64,000 nucleotides of DNA. It comes from Takakia lepidozioides (taxonomy: Eukaryota; Plantae; Bryophyta). The stretch is taken from positions 42,594,001 to 42,658,000 of the forward strand of contig CM060732.1 in assembly GCA_030704615.1 (NCBI GenBank), in the 5' to 3' direction. Made by a program: the position numbers and the translations under genes. The notes under the pieces were generated by a model. That model was not told the origin of the DNA. It saw nothing but the letters and a program-made list of their open reading frames with translations, and did not search any database. Shown here piece by piece: positions 59,201 through 64,000 of the stretch (within the stretch, counting starts at the first letter, position 1; the number at the start of each line of letters is the position of its first letter).

Positions 59201-62085
59201 CCCTTAAGTTCCCAAGCCCATTTTTTACTTTTTACCAATTTTGGGTACCCAACTGCGGTAAATTGCCCCTAGAAACCTACCAAAAATCATCAAAAGATTC
59301 CAGCCTTATAGTAGTGGGCGCAGCTCATTTATGCATGACATACCAAAAAAAGAGCCAAGTCCACCGTGGAAATTGTGAGATTATAGCGTTGGCCCGGACC
59401 TCAAATATCAGGTCTCAAGGAAAAAGTGAGAAAGAAATTGGTTTGACCAAATCAAAACCTAGCTTTATCCAATTTTGTTTGCCCCAAGACCCACCATTTC
59501 CAAATCAATAGTGGAGTGGCTATGACCCCACTAAATTGCATGTCCAACTGATTTTTTCACCTATGCTTGCTATGCATGCAATTACATGGGGGGTTGAAAT
59601 CTCAAAATTGACAAGAGAAAATGTGCCTCCAAATGAAGTACTTTTTTTTCTACAAAGTTTTTGAAAGCCAATGGTGGATGTGTGTATGTAATGCTCACAC
59701 ACCAGATGGTGAAGTATTTTTTCCGAAATTGCTAATTTTCTGCCAAAAATGGCCTTTGGAGTGCAATCTGTTTTGGGCTTGTTTACCTGCCACGTCAGCG
59801 GTCAACAAGCCATTTTCAGGCCCACGTAAAAATGAGATCTAAGATATATTTTTTAGGTCACAGCTTTTGTTTTTTTTTAGTTTTGTTTTTTGCATCATAC
59901 TCGAGACAAATCCCTTGTCATTAAAGCTTCAAGAGTGGGCCCCATCAGATTAGATCTGCAAAAATTAGGTGGAACCTCAAATTCAAAGTGACCCGATTCA
60001 GGTCGCTTGGGACTTAAGGGTTAACATTTCAATTGTTTCCTATTATCTTGCTATTAATATATATACTATAAGCAATGCATGTAATCTCAAAATGTGATGT
60101 GTAGTTCAACGGTAAGCTTCATCCTTGTGTTTGGTTTCCTGTATAGAAGGTGTTGTAGAATTACTCTTATGCAGGTAATTTCATCTTGTTTTGCACTTTC
60201 AACCTATAATAAGATATAGAAAGTAGATAATAAGTAACTGGAAAATAGAAAAATTAGAAATAGGGTATAAAAATTAGTAGTACGTCCCATCCGTTGGATC
60301 TCCACGATCCAACGGCTTCCCCGCCCTCGAAAAAAAAAAAAAAAAAAAAAAAAATCAGCTGCTGAGGGTTCTGTTGAACCTCAACGCACATGCCAATGTC
60401 TTCACTATTGAGCCCGCCACAACAAATAACCCCAGCCGCCGTCGAGGTGCACATTCAGGTAAAATAAATGGTCGATAATAAATAATAGCTAAGTGGAAAA
60501 TAAGCAAATAGTACATATGGAATTAATAAGAAATCGTGGGTCCTCCCATCCGTTGGATCCTTGGCATTCACTGCGATCCAACGGCTCCCCTCTTCCCCGT
60601 CGAACTTCGGCGCACACGTCGAGGTCTTTGGAATCAAATGACTTTCGCCCGACCCATAAACAAAAGCCCAAAAATGAAAATAAACATGTTTGACCTCATC
60701 CGTGGTTGAGAGTTAGGTCAAATGACGCTCCATCACAAAATAAAGGTAGGGTTTATGGCGGCGCCTTGGGGTTAGGTCAAACCTCACCGCCGTTGGATTG
60801 CGATAAGCCAATAGCAGAGATCTTGGCGATCGAACGGACAGTGTGCGGCTTAACTTCGCGATACGCGGCACGCCCTCCATTATATCGTCAAGATCATTTG
60901 ACGGGTCGCGGGCTCTCTACGTCCGTCAGATTCGTGACAGTCCTAATCAACGGTTGGAGCACTTGATCCATGTGGTGTATTCTTAATCATTTGCATGGGC
61001 GCATTAACAGCGTCCTGACCACCGCCAGATCTGATGGGAGTCCATATCCATGGCGGGAACACTCCATCCTTGTGCTCGTTTACGCACCTATGTGAGTGTA
61101 CCACGTACACCATACGTTAGGCAGAGGCACATATAATATGTCATTATGCACTCATGCGTTTTTTGTTTTTTTGTTTGTTTGTTTGTTTGTTTTTTTTTTT
61201 TTTTTTTTTTTTTTTTCCCTGTTTGGTTCTGTCCTCCTCAGTCTGTCCTCTAGTCTGTCCTACTCAGCCCATCCTGTTTCGTGTACCTTTGCATCTTTTT
61301 TGTGTACCTTTGCATCAGCCAATATTTTCATGGGTATTTGCCTTAAGCTTTAGGGTTTACCAGAGCATCTGTTCATGTACATACACGAGTTCATCGTGTA
61401 GTCACATTATGTTCAAGCACATTACTGTTTGTTTTAGGTTTTAGAGATTTCAAGGTTTGCTTCATTTCTTCGTTACATACCTTAGTCTCCCTACATTTAT
61501 ACAATTATCGTTATTTAACTATCATCCATGCCTCATCCACTTGGATGATTATTTATCCATTTTTTATTTATCCATAGTAACGTCGACATTAGTGTCAAGG
61601 TCTGGCGGATTGTTGTTTAAATACAAGCTAAAGTCTCATCACTTGACCTTCACTCTGTCCCACATCACATCAAATACCTGAAAGTACATACTAGTGCATC
61701 TGAATATAATAACATGTCTTCTTCTTCACTTGGTTTTTTTTTTTTTTTCCTAGGTCTTCATTAACATATTCACCTGATTTATTGAATGACTCTATATTAG
61801 GATATCCAGTAAATGTTGCTATTTTCTATCTATCTTTATCCGTCGAGACTAAAAAACGTCGACATTCATATCGACGTTATATTTTTTACATCATTTCTTA
61901 TTTTTCTTGGTCCTCATCGACACATCCACATGACATATTCTAATTCTCTTAATATTTCTTCTTCGGTCGGAGTTTTCTTTCTTTCTATCTCTTAATTAGG
62001 ATATTCCGCTACAGTCATTCTATTTTTCCTATTTATGTCTATCAGTAGAGACTAAGGATCGTTGACATTCATTTCGACGTTCTGT
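54570..62085. repeat. Dispersed 16-bp palindrome TCGACATTAATGTCGA and variants
   Basis: Copies near 54579, 54652, 55608, 56382, 56578, 56695, 56853, 56954, 57104, 61581, 61858 and 62061. Confidence 0.85.
59201..60020. mobile_element. piggyBac-like non-autonomous element (MITE), 820 bp
   Basis: TTAA-CCCTTAAGTTCCCAAGC ... GCTTGGGACTTAAGGG-TTAA: 16-17-bp TIRs with TTAA on both flanks. Confidence 0.7.
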
Positions 62086-62859
62086 CTTTTTTCGCAATGG
62101 ATTCCTTATCATCTGGTCTTAAAATCTTTCTCTGTCACAAAACGTCGAGGGTTGTAGTTGCAACTGGCAACTGCCTGAATGTGACTAGTCTTCTCAGTGT
62201 CATGGGCGTCCATGACCTCATCAACAATTAGTGTGATAATCACTATATTTGATAATGGCTATGAGACGATGCAATTGCCAAATCTTCATATGGATGTAGA
62301 CATACTAACTGAGGCTCTTGGGACACCTGTCATGTGGGATTTGTGTGACATCTCTTTGGACTATCCTACCTCTAGTCCAGAATGTCTTTTCTCGTCCGAA
62401 GATGGAAATGGATCAGAAGAATCCGTGGATGGAGAAAATTCTCAGAGCCCTCTTGGAAGAAGTAATTGGGAAAATTGTATGTGTATCATCTTAACGGAAG
62501 AAGACGGTGACATCTACGAGAGAAGAATACACGAATGCATTCCGGACGAGGTGATACTTTGTGACAAACTCGGGGAGGATTATGTTGGTGTTCTCATTAC
62601 CAGGGTGCTAGTGGGAGGATGTTGATCTCTCATGTCCATTGTCAAGTGACCTTTGATTAGAACAAAATTCTTGCAAAATGGAAGGTCGCTTTCGAAATAT
62701 CTACAAAATTGATGGCTAATGAGCCGGAGGATGGTGAGTATGGTATCAAAAATGTTACTCTCGTTATAAGAAAGCTCTTGACAAACATTTAAAACATCAA
62801 GAGTCTTGCCGGAGATTCTACCATAGTTGGAGGAATGAATCAGTTATGATGCCAACATA

Positions 62860-64000
62860 ATTCTTATGCATCATTCATGATAAGATGGATCATCGAAAAA
62901 CTGCTCTTCCACGTTTGTAAACAACGAACAAGATGATTTCAGGCTTGGGGCAGCTTCCAGTGTTTATGGCGGGTATCGTTACTCACGGTCACGGAGATGA
63001 CGCATACGCTCAATATTTGATGGATTTTTGGCCAGCAGATCCCAACTTCGTTATATGATCTTTGGCTAGAATTTTGCGACAATTGGAGAAACCAACACGT
63101 CGTGAATCAATGGCCCTTTTTGACAACCCCATGCAAACTGATTTCTTTGAAGTCATAATGAGAGGAATATCCAGGTGTTTCGATGTTTTGAAGTCTTGTT
63201 CTGAAAATGATAAGAAATGAGCGCTTCCATTACCACGAAGATTGTATCTACAAATGGACAATTGTGTCAAAGACAACAAGAATATGTGGATGTTAGCGTT
63301 CTTATTACTGCTTACTGCAAGAGGGATGTTCGAAGAAATTCAACTTGGTTTCCTCATGGTTGGCCGTACGCATAAGGACATTGATGCTTATTTTAGTTAC
63401 CTTTTGAAGAAATTGAAAGAGAACAGCACCTATGTTCTTTCCGATCTCATGAAAAAATTCATGGTATCTCAAGACCTACAGTTCATTCCGCAAATAATTC
63501 AAGAAGTTCTAGAGTTCAAGGATTTTGTCGATGGCTTTATTTTGGAGGGGAATGAGGCTTTGGTTGGAGCTACGGAAATGTACATTTTTTTCGGTTTTTT
63601 GTTGATTCGGATGGTTGGCCTCTAATGCAATACAAAAAATCTGCAACAGATTCCGATTGGCTTCCAAAAAATGGCAATGTCAAAATGTGGAAAACCAAAG
63701 ACGATGGTTCTCCAATGCTTCCAGTTTGATAGCCGAAACCGCTCCGTAAGAGACATATTTGGGGAAATGGCGAGGAAGCATCGGAGAAACAATCTTGCAT
63801 CAAGTCCAGTATTAAAAAGTACATAGATTTTTGGAAAAAATGGACGCTCTTCGATGATCAATATGGAAATATCATGAAACAATATGATCAATATTGGGCG
63901 GATATTCTTGAAGAACTTGACCTTCCGTTGGAGGAGCCAAATGACGAACTTATCGAAGGATTTTGGCCAGTAACAAAATGGGTCGAGCACCACAGGAGAG
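62860..64000 (+). pseudogene. Sola-like (DUF7869-type) DDD transposase, decayed, runs off right edge
   Basis: CIIHDKMDH.KT.LP; LYLQMDNCVKDNKN; FLMVGRTHKDIDAYFS (GHTHxxxD-like); in-frame stops. Confidence 0.6.

Noticed and set aside
58270-60960. CCGTTGGATC...GATCCAACGG hairpins as a novel RNA or MSA-type regulatory cluster
   Set aside because: This is a common motif in plant promoter and transposon DNA; nothing here supports a specific function.

Overview
Eukaryotic, repeat-dense window from a plant. It is probably a non-seed land plant, inferred from the plant-type THI1, ClpP5, TAA/TAR and ribosomal protein fragments and the intron-containing transposon genes. I see no intact host gene; the window is a deep nest of transposons. 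(1) Two copies of an unusual Ty3/Gypsy-type retrotransposon lie on the minus strand (A 4389-16251; B 37707-53732, 3'-truncated). The polyprotein order is Gag-PR-DNMT3-like C5 cytosine methyltransferase-RT-RNaseH-IN-PHD finger. Each copy has an extra upstream ORF and a self-priming PBS, and A has split terminal repeats (X...Y-gc-X-Y). Each also has a ~1.8-kb slot filled with different host mRNA fragments, all recognised ones antisense to the element (RPL6, ClpP5, THI1 in A; RPL29, TAA/TAR in B). (2) Two complete chromovirus Gypsy copies with 5-bp TSDs (21836-28725 minus; 39358-46290 plus). (3) Two MULE-like DNA transposons carrying a divergent ParB-like passenger gene, fused to a beta-class N4/N6 DNA-methyltransferase-like domain in the copy where the 3' end is visible, plus arrays of GGCGCC-centred palindromes. 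(4) A Sola-like (DUF7869-type) transposase region with its own ParB-like gene and its own 16-bp palindromes. (5) A TTAA-flanked piggyBac-like MITE. Many 1-bp frameshifts differ between paralogous copies and may partly be assembly errors. All family assignments come from motif recognition by eye; no database search was run.
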